Positions 50,167-64,000 of a stretch of 64,000 bases of DNA are shown piece by piece; the stretch's first letter is position 1; the number at the start of each line of letters is the position of its first letter. Source of the stretch: Haliotis cracherodii (lineage: Eukaryota). The notes below the pieces were generated by a model. The model had not been told where the DNA came from and did no database searches. It saw only the letters and a list, made by a program, of their open reading frames with translations. The stretch lies in NCBI RefSeq assembly GCF_022045235.1, contig NW_027266308.1, positions 43,338,001 to 43,402,000 of the forward strand, read 5' to 3'. Both the position numbers and the translations under genes were made by a program.

Positions 50167-52204
50167 ACTTAAATTAAGCTCGGACCTAGACAAATATGTC
50201 ATGTCAGTAATATGTTCAACTAAAAAAAAAATATAAAAACGTGGAGTAATGTAAAATACATTTTATTACATATATAGACTAAACATAGCAATATGAGAAA
50301 CGTGTTAATATAAAATTAAACTTTTCGTATGTTGTTTCATTCCATAACTTTATGATTTAGCCAACGCCGATGCGACGTTAAATTTCAACTCACTCATCTT
50401 CTCGCCTCAAAACATGTAATAACAAGTTCATGTATTTCATAATTTGGTTTGACAAGCGAACCTCAGCTAAACATCGTCCGAGCCCAAATACATATACTGC
50501 TGCATTAACGTTCCGATTGTTTTTGTTATGCTGTTTTTCCTACAAACAATACTAACATTATAATGAGCCGCTAAGAGGTTATCTAGTAAGCCGTGTTTGC
50601 ACAAACCTTTTCCACGGTGCTGATTAACTACTTTCATTTGTCAAAGTTTATTCAGCACAGTTTTTTGGTCTCTCATTATTTAGATACATTCGCTCATACA
50701 CCTAACTCGATTTGTTTGAGGGACAGTGATTAAAAAGATTTCAAACTGGAGTAAATATTTGATTGACTAATTCGGCTCCCAAAGAAATGCATCCAAACAT
50801 GAACAATTACTTAAAATCGATGGATTTATTTGGGCTCAAACACTGGGAAAGGAAGGTTGGATAAGATTGATGGTATTGGCGAGTGAGGGAGCAGTTCCGT
50901 TATTGCACATGGCATCTTTGAAGGTTCTCCCTCCTGCGATGTTTTCACGTTAAACTAATGCAGTTAAAAAGGCCCTACTCCGTAGCAGGTTCACAAAAAC
51001 AGGATGTGTTTTCCCGAGTTGGTCTTTCAATCGAGGCTGTTTAGATAAGTCAGTCGCCCAACCAATTTGACGTAGAAAAATCCGGCCTCTTCTCGTTTCT
51101 TTCAACAGTCTCATCTGCAGGCGAGCGCTGGAAATACAAAATTCGTTAATTTCTCGAAAATTAGTCAATAAAGTCTTGTGTTATCTGTGTAAATTCACGG
51201 ACGTTTCATTTGGGTATCGCTTACGTCCTTGCAAATGAAATTATCCATGTCGTAAGCGGGTCTCAGCTGTGGACGTCGTTCACAAGTCTCGCGGCGTTCG
51301 TTAATGAGCGCGATCTGGGGGTATCACTTTCACGGTGGTAATCCTATAGGTGTCACCGGACAGGATGGCAGGGGCATCTCCAACGACGCACCGCCAAGTC
51401 GTAAATCACACCTCGTTTAGACTACCGCCATGACAGTGGATGGGGCCTCGCCATAAATCAGCCTTTGGCAAATAGGGGCAAGCCCTGTAGCTAAAGAATG
51501 CTTGCACCTCTTCTGTTACATATCTGTATATGCTGGAAGAATTACTGGTCGTGTACGGTAACTCAATCCGTGATTTACAGACAAGGGGTCCGGATTTTAT
51601 GTCGTCCCTAAAGAGGGGGTTAGAATTGGTCATTTGTCTGCCCTGGTCATCACAATTTTACTGGTCATTTGGGACGGACAGAGCAAACTATTACCCCACA
51701 AAGCCTGTGATTCCGAATTGTTCGAAACGCGTAATTATCTAGTCAGAATGAAGTATAGTATTTGGCGTATTTTGTGAATGTTAACTGGCGTGTCAAATCG
51801 TCCTAATACTAAAGGTCTCTTTAGCAGTGTCAGCTTATCCCAAAGACAACCTCTCTGATATATTGGCAGATTTTAAGAAGGAGATGATCATGTACATTTA
51901 GGAAGGCGTTGGGTATTACTGCCTCGGTCGTTACACTTGTATTGTGGGGGGTTTAGTGCCTGTCGAAATATGTTTTGCGACCTGAGACATATTCAACATG
52001 GCAGCATTTCAGAGAAATTATGAATGATGGTTTTCGAACATGCCAACATTTTTGAAAATAGGGAGAATTGGCAGGGACATTTCATGATTCATACGGAAAA
52101 TATCTGAATGATACTCACGTTGGATGAGTTATCATTAATTCTAAAAAATGTCGGTGATATTTAAATTCCTTTGAAATCGAATGTGGGAGATTTATCCTGG
52201 TCAT

Positions 52205-52368
52205 GCGTCTAGGTTTGTCAGCCCCGTACCCGTGTTCGTGGGTTCCACCAAAGACCATATACCGGTATATGGTAAACTTGAAAGACCTGCATTACTTCGG
52301 GCTTTCCCCCCACATACCCCGTGGTATAACTGAAATACTGCTCAAAGCAACTTTAAACCGAACTCAAT
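52205..52368 (+). mobile_element. family D SINE 3' part
   Basis: AGGTTTGTCAGCCCCGTACCCGTGTTCGTGGGTT...GACCTGCATTACTTCGGGCTTTCC...TATAACTGAAATACTG. Confidence 0.8.
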
Positions 52369-52504
52369 GAAGGCACACGAGATGAGGATGTCATTGATAT
52401 CATCCCTTGTATGTTCTGACCTTGATTTCGCATCTTATCAGTTGAATTAAAATATTTTTTCATTCGTCGTCAAAGCTATAGTTTCTCATACAGACCTTAA
52501 AATT

Positions 52505-52640
52505 CCGAGTGGGTGAGACTAGGTCCCAGCACCCATGGCTTGCCGTAAGAGCGTCGACAAGGTGATCGGATGGCTACAATGTGTCATCTGGCTGATTGTG
52601 TGTCATTGTTTCCTGGCGGCGTGGATGGTTGCTGAGACTT
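52505..52640 (+). mobile_element. diverged relative of the family A head
   Basis: GGGTGAGACTAGGTCCCAGCACCCATGGCTTGCCGTAAGAGCGTCGAC...GATCGGATGG parallels the family A 5' region. Confidence 0.55.
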
Positions 52641-52770
52641 AACAAATGGTGTGTATGTCCACCGTAGTAGGTTGGACTGAAGAGAAAGATACGTCGTAAC
52701 AGAACACTACAAAATGGTTATGCACCAGAAGACACTATACACTACAATTCTTCTCTCCCTTTTGCAACAT

Positions 52771-52977
52771 CGTGGCAACTAAGACGACTAACGGGATCGG
52801 GTGGTCAGGCTCGCTGACTTGGTTGATGCATGTCATCGTATCCCAATTGCGTGGATCGATGCTCATGATGTCAATCACTAGATTGTCTGGTCCAGGATCG
52901 ATTCTTTACAGACCGCCGTCATATAGCAGGAATAATACTGAGTGTGGCGTTAAGCAACAAACAAACAAACAAACAAC
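52771..52977 (+). mobile_element. family A, 5'-truncated copy
   Basis: GACGACTAACGGGATCGGGTGGTCAGGCTCGCTGACTTGG... to a (CAAA)n tail, near-identical to 35790-35984. Confidence 0.9.
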
Positions 52978-54948
52978 AGCAATAAAGAAACAGCTACACA
53001 AACAAGAACAATTTCAAAACACCGCACCACACAACACTTTCCATTAACGCCCGACCACCACACTCTCCAATCTCACCCACTTCCGCCTATAAGTCCAGAA
53101 AGACGTCCTCCACATCTTTATGTCAACCGCTGGTCGACTATCTCTTGGAGTTGCCACCAGTCTATGACTTATTTTCTAACCTCTGGTGATTAATACCAGC
53201 ACTAATGAGGAAGGAGTCTTGTTCCCCTGTGCCTCCGACACCCGCATAGCACCAGGAGCGAAACCGAACATTTGTGTATTGCGGGTGCCTCAGGCCTAGC
53301 TCACACGATACCCCTTCTAATTACAATATGCAGAGGGAATTAGGCTTAGGTTTCAAATCAGGATTAAACATCATCCAAAGACATTGGCAAAAGTCATAAA
53401 ATGTGCCCGAGTATTCCATAATTGATACTAACTGTACGTCATACAGTTTGCAAGCTTTTCTTGAAATAGCAGTGGAGTTGTTCCCGAATTGAGGTTTAAT
53501 CTTATCTTTGCTTGCTTTGACATTTATTTATGGTTTGTACAGTTTTATGTGAATACGATATGTCTTTCATAATGTTCATTTTCGCAGAATGCTTCGCTCC
53601 TAATGACCAAAATCTTGGAATATACTGAGATTGAATAAACCATTTCTTGTTACAAAAGGCCAAATGTGAAACTCCATTTTCAAAGGCATGCCTTTTTGGG
53701 AGATGTATAATTAAAAAAAGGGAAGTTAATAAATGAACCTGAAACACAGACACATTGTCTAACTTTTGCAAATTGTTTTTTTTCACAAGTAATTCTATTG
53801 CTGAAATTTGAGTTATTCATTTCCATTCCAATGATCTCTTTATAGTATTGTAGCAATAACGCATCTTTGTACAAGTAATTTCATCATGAATTGTGCAAGA
53901 TTTGCAGTTGCAAAATAATATAACAATACAAATATTTCAACTTTAAGGAGCGTAAAATATGACATTGTTAGTATGTGGAACAATACTATCATTATTTTCT
54001 TCAAAATTACAAAGTGGTATGAGTCACGCTTCAATAGGATGAAAACTAATCTTATCATAAAAACATAAATATAATCATCCGATAAATCAAGAACGCGACA
54101 AGGTCTCGTTAATGATCGACATTTGGCATCGAGGAAACAGACAAGCGTACAACAAAATACTCGTAGCTCACATATTAGTCCAGTTGTAAATGTCTATGTT
54201 TATTTCGCGACATGCGCCATCTTGGTTCCATGCCGCTTTACGTTATCTAAATCGCAAGGGGAGGTAATTAAGGGGACAAGCAGGTTCAGGACCACCAAAT
54301 AATTACATAACGTGAATATATAACACATGTCATCTTCAGAAGCAAGTGGCTCTGATTTAGGACATCAAAGTTATCGCTGTTCTTTATGTATTATTTTGAG
54401 AGGTTTAATGCCTAATATACCGTTCAAGATAATTTATTCTCATAGTCCGAAAAATGACTTCGTGTGAGGTCTATTCTGCATATAGCACACGAGGATTGCA
54501 TGTTACGCCATGAAATATACATCGACGGGAAAATGAATTACATCATTATGGGTTACGAGATAGCTTCGGGATCTGGAACTGTTTGCCCCATTTACGAGTT
54601 CATACAGCACTTCAACGTGAACCTTGGTTTGTAAAGATTGTTGTTAAAATAGGTTGTAGGTTCAGTGTACATCTTTACAGGTATGCTTGAGATTAAACCA
54701 TGATATATATACATGCCAGCATTATATATATTCGGACACGAGTTTCTAAAAACAGGTATATTACTCACAGATGTAAGAATTTATTTAATGTTATCAACAC
54801 TTGTTGCACAGCTGTCATGAAAGACTAGATTGAAAGTCTCGCCGAGGAGCTATAACAGCGTCACGATGCCACAAACAGTGGTTTTGTCTGCATCGCCTTT
54901 CTCGGAAAATCAGCAAAAGACTGCTCAGTATTGAATATTATTAATTGA

Positions 54949-55106
54949 GTGAGTGTGGTTTTACGCCGTTTTTAGCAATATTCCAGCATTATCACGGCGG
55001 GGGACACCAGAATTGGGCTTCACACATTGTACCCATGTTGGGAATCGAACCCGGGTCTTCGGCGTGCGGGGCGAACGCTTTAACCACTAGGCTACCCGGC
55101 CGCCCC
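54949..55106 (-). mobile_element. family C SINE, full length
   Basis: Complete C sequence. TSD TTATTAATTGA at 54938-54948 and 55110-55120. Confidence 0.92.
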
Positions 55107-55257
55107 TTTTTATTAATTGAACTACGTGGGTGATAACATGTGTACGCTTAGAAAATGCTTATGGTAGTCTACCTGTACAATTGTCAATACATTAGAACCA
55201 ACAACATGTAATAAAATACGTCTAAAGGGTATTTTCAATCAAGGGAGAAAGGCTGGT

Positions 55258-55440
55258 AGAGCCGGCACAATTCACGATGTGCAATTCATATGAGTTGCGT
55301 CCCTTAGGCGTGTCATGATCCTATGACGTTGATTCGCCCTGATTATGAACATTTGGTTGTCTAAGACATGCATCATTTCGGGTTTCCTCCAATATCAAGC
55401 TGAAATACTGTTGAAAACGTCGTAAGACAAAACGCTCTCA
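55258..55440 (+). mobile_element. family D SINE, highly degenerate
   Basis: GAGTTGCGTCCCTT...TTCGCCCTGATTATG...TGCATCATTTCGGGTTTCCTCC...CTGAAATACTGTTGAAAAC. Confidence 0.6.
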
Positions 55441-55859
55441 CGATAATCCTATCGATCAACTGCAAATGACACTGAAGTCGCTACATAGTCTATTACCGCA
55501 CGCTACACCTGGAGCATTATCAATCTGAGGTTCTCAAGTGATGACGTCTTACAGCGTATACGCAGATGTTCGTTTTCCTGTTTTAGACTCCATAAAAACG
55601 TTAGCGTATTTGTAAGAATATTTACAAACTTAGTGAATCCTTTTTGATATTTTAGTACATGAGTAAAGCAAACATTCGATGAAGACTGGGGTATGGGTAA
55701 CGTTTCTGCTCGTGGCGTAGAAGAAGTTTATACCCAGACTTGGATCCTTGGTTTGACCAAAAAATACATATACCTGTGCTAATGGGTTAATTGAGTTCGT
55801 GAACATAAACAACCCGCTGGTCTAAAACTGTCCCTAACCTCCGGTCTGAAAACCCCCTA

Positions 55860-56295
55860 CCGTTATGGTACAGCATAATTACATATTAGTCAATTCACGG
55901 TCAAGAAAAAACACAATTCAATAAAACTGTTACCGTTTTTCCTCTGACAAAAGACTACGAGCTGACACCCGCTACAAAAGCGTTAAAGAACAGCATAAAT
56001 AACATATTAGTAATTACATTGTCAAGAAAAAACACAATTCAATAAAGCTGTTGCCGTTTTTGCTCTGATAGAAGCCTTCAGACTGACCGCCCGCTACGGT
56101 AGTGTTAAGGTACAGCATATATAATATATTAGTCAATACGTATACATGATCATGAAATAACAAAATTCAATTAAGCTGGTACCGTTATCCTCTGATAGAA
56201 GCCTCCGAGCCGAACGCCTGCTACAGCAGTGTTGAAGTTCAGCATAAATAACATATTAATCAAAGCATCTTCATAACAATTCAATGAAGCAGTTT
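55860..56295. repeat. ~120-bp tandem repeat (~3.5 units)
   Basis: ACAGCATAA.TA.CATATTAGT...CAATTCAATAAA.CTGTT.CCGTT...CTCTGA recurs at about 55870, 55990, 56112 and 56240. Confidence 0.88.
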
Positions 56296-57439
56296 TCTCA
56301 CATTATAATTACCCGGCGTTCTTGCACCCCAGTGTCTATGAAAATACATAACGTCAACGCTAGAGTAACCAGCCTCGATCATCCGCCCAAACAGATTCCA
56401 TTGGGCGTGCAAGGTAAAATAGCGATGTATGGATGACCTGCAAGATGTGTGGCCTGCAAGCTTTTACTGGAAACAAGGAAGTCGTGTGTATATCTATTTC
56501 AAATTTTAATTTTTTAAACATATTTATAATAATTTTATTTAATAAAAAAATGCACGTGAATGCGCCATCTTGTAAGACAGTAATCAAAGAACGATGTTAG
56601 ATCAATGGGGAGGTAATCAGTCCATTATGACGTAATTCAAAAAGTGTACTTCATCGCAGGATGAAATACAATCGGCGCTTTTGATCGTGTAACGATCATA
56701 CATACTACGAGGGGATATACAACAGTCGTATTGTGTGCATGAAGATGTGGTAATCAAAATCTTTAATTAAAGTTTACAGGGGGAAAGGATTCTTAAATAT
56801 TGATATGAAAACTTTAGAATCTTGGAGGACGAAATACAGTTTATAACCACTTGTCTATTGTATAATCAGCGGGGACATAACGTTCTGTCGTGTCTAGCAT
56901 CCAGTCATTAATGCAGCACAGATAAATTTGCTAAAATAATGAATGACTGCAGTTTGTCAGAATCTGTGGCCTGGTTATATTGTGATGTACATCAGTGAGT
57001 GAAAGTTATGTAAATGGTTAAACATGTTAAAAGGAGATAATCTTCACTACCGCATACTGTAAAGTGTCTAGTACTGTACCCTGACTGTGGAATATATATA
57101 TTTTTATGAAAAACAAACAAACAAACAAACAAACTAGATAGGTATACAAAAGAAAGTCTAGCCAGCTCTAGCTAGCTCCATTCCAAGTGAAATCAGCATC
57201 GGGGAAAATTATTTGTTTAATTTTAGAGTCGAGAAGGGTATTGAGTAATATAAGATTTCATAGACTAAACGTTAGCCCATAAAGTGTCCAGCATGGGAGA
57301 TAATTTCTACTGTTTACAAAGTTGTGAAAACAGTTCGGAAGTAAGAGGCTTTTCACTATATTTGGGATCATTTGTTCACTGTAAAACTAGACCCGGCGTG
57401 TATTGGTGGATGGGTGTGGATGGGTGGGGGTCATTTTAA

Positions 57440-57705
57440 ACGGCGTTTGTATGATGTATTTGTATGCATGTGTGTATGAATGTACGCATGTATGTATGCA
57501 TGTAGGGTGAGAGAGAGAGAGGTGTGATGGGAATGTGTGTAGTGAAAAGGTATACATATACATATGCATGTTGTGTATGTGATTATGATTGTAATTGTCC
57601 GCTTGTCCGTGATTGTGCATGTGTGCGTGTGTACGTGTTTGTGTATGAGTGTGTAAGTAATTTGGTGTGTGTGTGTGTGTGCGCGCGTGCGCTGCGTATG
57701 TGTGT
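57440..57705. repeat. degenerate (GT)/(GTAT)-rich low-complexity tract
   Basis: Directly visible. Confidence 0.8.
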
Positions 57706-58007
57706 TGAACGTATATCCTAACTGAACTTAACAATAACCATTGTGTAGGTATAGGTTTTAATTTATCTACTTCTGCTCTATGACTCTATTTCGCGGAGGC
57801 CATTCCCGTTGCCCTCTCCCAAAGGCAATAAGATACACCCACGCTGAAGACCTGCTCGACGTCTTCTTTGGAGAATTGCTCCTAGCTATCTACTTCATGA
57901 TTATCAGCACACCAGAGGGCTTCACACGATTCAGTTGCGATCAATGTCGTATCTCCCCCAACAGATGTCGACATACGCCAGGTTTCTGACAGCGGCCAAC
58001 TCTTCTA

Positions 58008-58460
58008 ACACCGGGCTTCTAACAGACCCCGACACCCCAACAGACACCGGGCTTCTAACAGACCCCGACACCCCAACAGACACCGGGCTTCTAACAGACC
58101 CCGACACCCCAACAGACACCGGGCTTCTCACAGACCCCGACACCCCAACAGACACCGGGCTTCTAACGGACGTAGATACCCCAACAGGCACGGGGCTTCT
58201 AACAGACGAAGACGCTCCAACAGACACCAGGCTTCTAACAGACACAGACACCCCCACAGACGCCGGGCTTCTAACAGACGCAGATACTTCAATAGACATA
58301 GGGCGTCCAATAGACACGGGGCTTCTAACAGACGCAGACACGATAACAGACATCGGACTTCTAACAGACGCAGACACCCCACGGACACCGGGCTTCTAAC
58401 AGACTCTGTGACTTCAACAGACGCAGACACTCGAGCAGACACAGACACTCCAACAGACAC
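58008..58460. repeat. 36-bp minisatellite (reads TGLLTDPDTPTD on + strand)
   Basis: Unit CACCGGGCTTCTAACAGACCCCGACACCCCAACAGA, about 11-12 units, diverging toward the 3' end. Confidence 0.92.
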
Positions 58461-58473
58461 GTGCACCCAATCT

Positions 58474-58619
58474 GTAACAGACGCCATACAGCTGTATAAC
58501 AGACTCCGGGCCATACAGCTATGTAACACACTCCGGGCCATACAGCTATATAACAGACTCCGGGCCATACAGCTATACAACAGACTCCGGGCTATACAGC
58601 TATATAACAGACTCCGGGT
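58474..58619. repeat. 27-bp minisatellite (~5 units)
   Basis: Unit ACAGCTATATAACAGACTCCGGGCCAT. Confidence 0.92.
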
Positions 58620-60613
58620 CCAGTGAAACAGCAAATGAATGGTCCATATTTAGGAACCATTTAATTAATTGTCCAAGACTTCCGGCGAAGAAATACGGTA
58701 CTTACATCGTTCACAAGAGAAGGCAGGAATAAATAGAATGGAAGTTCAAGTCATCTCGGTAACATTCAATAGTGTTTGACATGGTAACGTACACACACAA
58801 CGACCATGAAGCTAAACTAACAAAGAGATGGTAGAGAGTAGGAGTACGCCAACACATATTTGCATCTACATATAGTTGATCAATATGTGAACCCATATGG
58901 GTAGGCATGTTGTTATGCGTGCATATACCTCCAGTTAGCATTAACAAGCACACTGTTTAATTAGTATATAATCTGCATTGATAATTCTAATCTCAACTCT
59001 AACCTATACTTGCATTATAAAAGAAATAAGAGTTGACTGAAGAATATACATTACTGTCATTTAAAGAAGTAAATACTCAAAATAACATAATAAGGTTTGA
59101 AATGCCCAGTCATTCCTTACAAGGGGACTAATTATCTTGTAAACAGTGTATACCATACACGTGAAAGATGAAAGTTAATTATAATGATCTTCAATACAAC
59201 ACCCATAAAACTGATTCACAGAAAGGAAATTTATGTTTATACAAAATATGATATTTGCGTAAATGTATAGGCAATTTAAGGAAAACATCACCCTGGTATT
59301 GATAATTTCATGTCATCAAGTATGGTCCCAGCACTGACGAAGAAAGGTAAATATGCCTTGTCCTTAATATTTACTTCGGGATTGCTAATTGGGCTAGTCA
59401 AGTGAATGCTAATGTGTCTGTGGACTCTGAGGATGACCGTTGGATATTCATACAAATAAACCCGAGTTGACGTCTAATGAAGTAATACCGTCCCTACGCA
59501 TGCTTTATATAGATTGGCCAATGAAGCAGATAACAAATATGGTGTTTGTGTTTCAGGACGATGTTTAAGCGATGTACATTGCGTTTTTTAAAGGCTAAAC
59601 CCGATAAAGGCACGGAAAGAAAGAATTGAGCAGGTTGTTTGAACATACGCGATTAGATCAGATGTCTCACACAAAAGAGTTGTTCTCCCGAGGCTTGCGA
59701 TCACGCATATAACTCGGCTTTTGTGGAAGAAAATGGGGCCCAACAGAAATATTTACTTAACCAGCAAGATCTTCTGTTCATAAATGGTATCCCAATTGCA
59801 ATTCAAACATTCAATACGTCTTTACTGTTTGCAGCAGTCTAAAACTTACTGGTGCCTCTCAGCTACTTTTTCAAGATTCAATAAAAATCTTTAAGTGCCA
59901 ACTGATTTCTGAGATTGGAGTGCGACAGGGTTTTGTGCCGTGGCTTTCATATAAAGCCAAGATGTGGTCGATGGGAGAGATAGAACTGTTTCTTCAATTT
60001 CCATTTCATTATTGCATTTTAAGACTTAACTTGTCATTTACAAAGGAAATGAAACGTTCTTTCATGAAGTCTAACATTTATAACCGTTATATTTGAGATA
60101 TAAACATCTCTGCGGAACAAAATTGATGTGGGCTTTTTTGTATGTTAAGCATGTTCGTTAATTGTTTAATATAAACACATCTTTTACTTTCACACTGTAA
60201 CTTAATAATGTAATAAAAACAAATTCCGTATGAATATACATTAAACAGAGATGCACACGATACCTAGTTCATATAACACTTATAGAAATCCTTTCACTAT
60301 AAAGGCAGTTAAAAAACCCTTTTTAATCTGACTTAACGTTTTGCTTTAAAAAAGCACTTGTCATTGCTACGAAATATGTTATTGTAGGTGTTAAGTATTC
60401 ACACAAGTCATTTGAGAGTTTGTATAATGTAAAGTTAAATCATACCAATATTCACTTTCAACATTATGGATTGAAATTTAGGAAAATAAAAAAAATCTGT
60501 AATGCATACAATAAATATTATTTTCATTTCCACACACTCACACGTTTTCATAATTGTCTGTCGAGTATATATAGGCTACATTATATAATCTTTAGTCTTT
60601 ATATACAATCGCC

Positions 60614-60780
60614 AGCTGGGATTCCGGATTAGAATAGGCCCCGGCAGTTTATGCTCGTCGTAACAGACGACCAAATGGATCGGGTGGTCCGACTCGATGA
60701 CTTGGTTGGTAGCGGGTCGTTGTTCACAATATCAATCACTTGATTTGTCTCGTCCAGATAAGCTTATTTACTGTCCGGCG
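60614..60780 (+). mobile_element. family A, diverged copy
   Basis: CTGGGATTCCGGATTAGAATAGGCCCCGGCAG...ATGCTCGTCGTAACAGACGACCAAATGGATCGGGTGGTC...GACTTGGTTG. Confidence 0.7.
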
Positions 60781-63700
60781 CAATTCGCAGTGCAGATTTG
60801 CACCATGACAGATTGTCCCCAAATCGACCGTCGGTCTATTAGCGTCATACCCGTTCTCTCAAACGGATGTTATCAAAATTACGTTGGGCGACATTAAGCT
60901 GATTTCAACATGCTGAAATAAACTCGGAATCTAAGGGCGTATGTGACACATATCCAGTGAAAATTTAAGTTATACTTCCGAGTAATTGGACGCATATGAC
61001 AGATCATCGAAAGTCTGTTATATTTGACGGGTTTGCGAACTGACATTAATCAAACAGCTGTCTTCCACCTGACAAACTGTTACACCTACACTGGGGAATA
61101 AGATGAATGTGCATTTTCCAATTAACCAATTCGAAAGTCCAAATATTCGAGATATTTTTATAAACTCCAAACCGAAGTTACATCCCTTTAATTTGTTCGC
61201 TGTGAGATCCCACTGTCCCTCTTAAGTGAGGTTCGTGAAACCTTTTTTTGCTATCTGTATCGACATTCCACATTAGAGCAAGAAGCAGGAAAAATCAATG
61301 AGGAATCGCGTCTGAGGAAGCTGAAGTTGACTCGAGGCTACTGCCACTTCGGCGCTCTCCAAGAAGGAAATTAAGGTAATCCTAGGAAGGAACTGACTGT
61401 TGTTCCTAATTTCAAGAGTATTATTTAACATTTACTCTTGTTTTAGATGAGTCAGTTGGCGACATTTGCTCGTCTATTAGAGCTTTTCGCCCTCTGGCCG
61501 GTCAATAGGAAAAGATAAGGACCGAGAGAGAATCCTTGCCGACCCCCAATCACTTCTAAAAGCATCTCTCGAAATGAAAGGCGATCCTCTTCGAGGAAAT
61601 GGACGCTTTCCCCGGTTAACAAACCCCTCACAACATATTTCCGAAAGTAATGGATGTTAAACTTGCTATTGTTTCTTTATAACTTAAGCCTTCTTGAAAC
61701 TAACTTTATGTAAAGCGTTATTTTTTACAGAGAGTCGTTTACCCTCCTCGCGATTTCCGCTACGGCGGCCATTCCCCACTTTAGCCATTCTCCATGGTCT
61801 GAATTGCGATGTTAATTGTCAAAGGACACCGAATTGAGGAAATAAACAAGAGCATTAGCTCCTTAGGGTTCAGTACACGTTATGTTTTACTTCAGAAGAG
61901 GAAACACTATACCGTGACCAGCTTTTCAAAAAAGGCATTACTACTGAAATATGCTCTTTAAAGATTTTTCTGGCGTTATTGAAAGTGGAATTTCATACCC
62001 ACGAAAAAGCATGGAAATGGAGGCTATCAGTCATGCCATTATGCATTGTGACATGCGAGGTCGTTTTCGAACTTTTCGAAAGTTGGCTGGAATTAATGTG
62101 TTTTGAAAATAATCAAGCCATAATTCATTATTACGATTGTTAATAACTACAAAACACAGTCATGCTTTTGCAAACTGTTGTTAAAGCAACAATTGTATTT
62201 GAAACACATAATTATTCATGACAAAACTGAACTGTACGTATTCATAAACGTAAGAGTCACTCGGATGGCTTTAATTGTTACTATCAAGCTTCATAAAATT
62301 TAAAATTTAAAATTTAAAAACTAAATTTATTTGAAAATTTGGCATTTTAAACAGACATAAACTGTTTTGTTTTTTTCAATATATACAAGGGATTGAGTAT
62401 TTAACTGACTGAAAAAAAGTTTAAAACATTCATCTCTATCAAATAAATATCAATATTTCTTCATTTCAAAGCTAATGACGTGTTAATTTATTTAGTCACA
62501 CTTCGATAAAGAGGAGATAACTGAGAAAGGCAGTATGTTATTATTTGAACTACCTTTTACGCCGATATCATCAAGTACTACCATGGTATCACAAGTTTCA
62601 ATGACTACGTTGGGTATTTAAGTGAATTGCAAAGGTATCGTATTGTTGTAAAGGATTGATAAATAAAGGAGGAGAGAGAATGTTCTTACACTGCATCCAG
62701 AAAGAATCCACTCTCATCCCGGTGGAAACGGTTATACCATGGGGTATTTTAACATGATATACGGAGACATATACGTGAGAAATACTATTACGTTGCAACC
62801 TTGCAACCATACGTACAGCTGCATTGACACCAAAGCTTGCTGCATGACGTGATGCACCCTTCAGTTTCGTCACATTCATGTTCTACCCATTTAAGTTTTA
62901 ATAAAATTCTAGTTTTGTACTGTCATAGTTACTCCAGAACAAACGTATAAGCCATTATCTGACTGTTGAACCCGCAGATCTACGTAATCCGTGCAGTCGA
63001 GAATCAAAAGCAGGGGGTGTAGGTTTGCTCGTGAGCTCGGCTGTGTGCATGCAGTGTGTTTATCAGTCGCTGCATCATTATTATGATTATTTACTTTGTA
63101 CTTATCCGGGCATTAATGCTTCACGTTAAATGTTTACCTGACAAAGTAAACCATTGCATTTGTATCCGGTGTCATTTTCCTTACAAAATGCGGGCATAAA
63201 CACAAACTGAATTCAACAACGTAAAGGAAATATGTACGCGTACCGCCTAAACCTTTGGTTAATAGATTCGAGTGTGAATTGTGTCACAATCTTTTTCAGA
63301 ATTCCCATTTTAACACAGCACATCTGCAATAAACGAAGACCCTATCTTCTAGAGTGGAAATGTATAGGTGAACATTAGCGGATATCAATGGATTTAAGGA
63401 TATGGACACACATTCTGTGAATGAAGAAGCTACGGATAACAGTCTAATCCAATTCTCTACCTCAAGGCGGTAAGATGCTCCATTGTACTGCAACTGTGTC
63501 AGGTCATTTATTTGCTTTTGTAATCGGGTGTTTATGTTGAAACTGATGTCATTACAGAACGTATCTTATTCGCTGGGAGGCCAACCCCTACAAACAATTA
63601 GTACACACTCTGGCTCCGGTGAGTCGCGTTCGGATAGGATTTCGTCTTCTTTCATTGTATACAAACGAAGGTGCTGTCGCCCTCACCGTATTACCAGTAA

Positions 63701-64000
63701 GAGTATCTATTTGCCGATATTTTTCGTAATGAAAAGAAAGTTGCATTGTGTTTGTCTACGCCAACGACTCCCGACGCTACTGATAGAGGAGTGACACAGA
63801 GTGATGTTCTGAGACCATGCCTATTACAAATAAAGTCTCATGTCCACCCTTGACAGGCTGCTATGTCCACTGGTGAAGATGCTACCCGACCGACACGATA
63901 TGGACACACACACTGTAAAGTTCACTGGGTTTTATCTTACATATGGGCATAAAATCTAACCCCGTTGACTCTAGTTCCTGAAACTATCGACATTATTTCG

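Noticed and set aside
61280-61520. Exon-intron-exon-like arrangement (AAG|GTAAT...TTTTAG)
   Set aside because: Spliced frames hit stops quickly and give no recognisable protein.

Overview
Eukaryotic, AT-rich, repeat-dense non-coding DNA. The SINE families resemble those I associate with gastropod molluscs, probably abalone (Haliotis); this is recognition, not a database result. I can support no host protein-coding gene, rRNA, intact tRNA or CRISPR array. Most listed ORFs arise from tandem repeats, microsatellites or SINEs. Contents: (i) several tandem arrays (53, 34, 36/27, 17-19, ~120 and ~390 bp units), two with higher-order structure; (ii) four interspersed non-autonomous retroposon families (labelled A-D here) with a shared LINE-like 3' tail but different heads, some nested; (iii) a decayed non-LTR RT at 36.2-37.5 kb; (iv) TA-target MITEs and one long-TIR MITE with an 11-bp TSD; (v) Penelope-like element (PLE) remnants, including a TSD-flanked 314-bp inverted mini-element and three minimal hammerhead-type motifs with a U3-A8 core; (vi) a 135-N assembly gap. 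The best leads are structured-RNA candidates carried by mobile elements: the hammerhead motifs, a pseudoknot-like head on family A that lacks a Pol III promoter and shows apparent covariation, and a conserved multi-stem motif downstream of Naiad-type PLE remnants.
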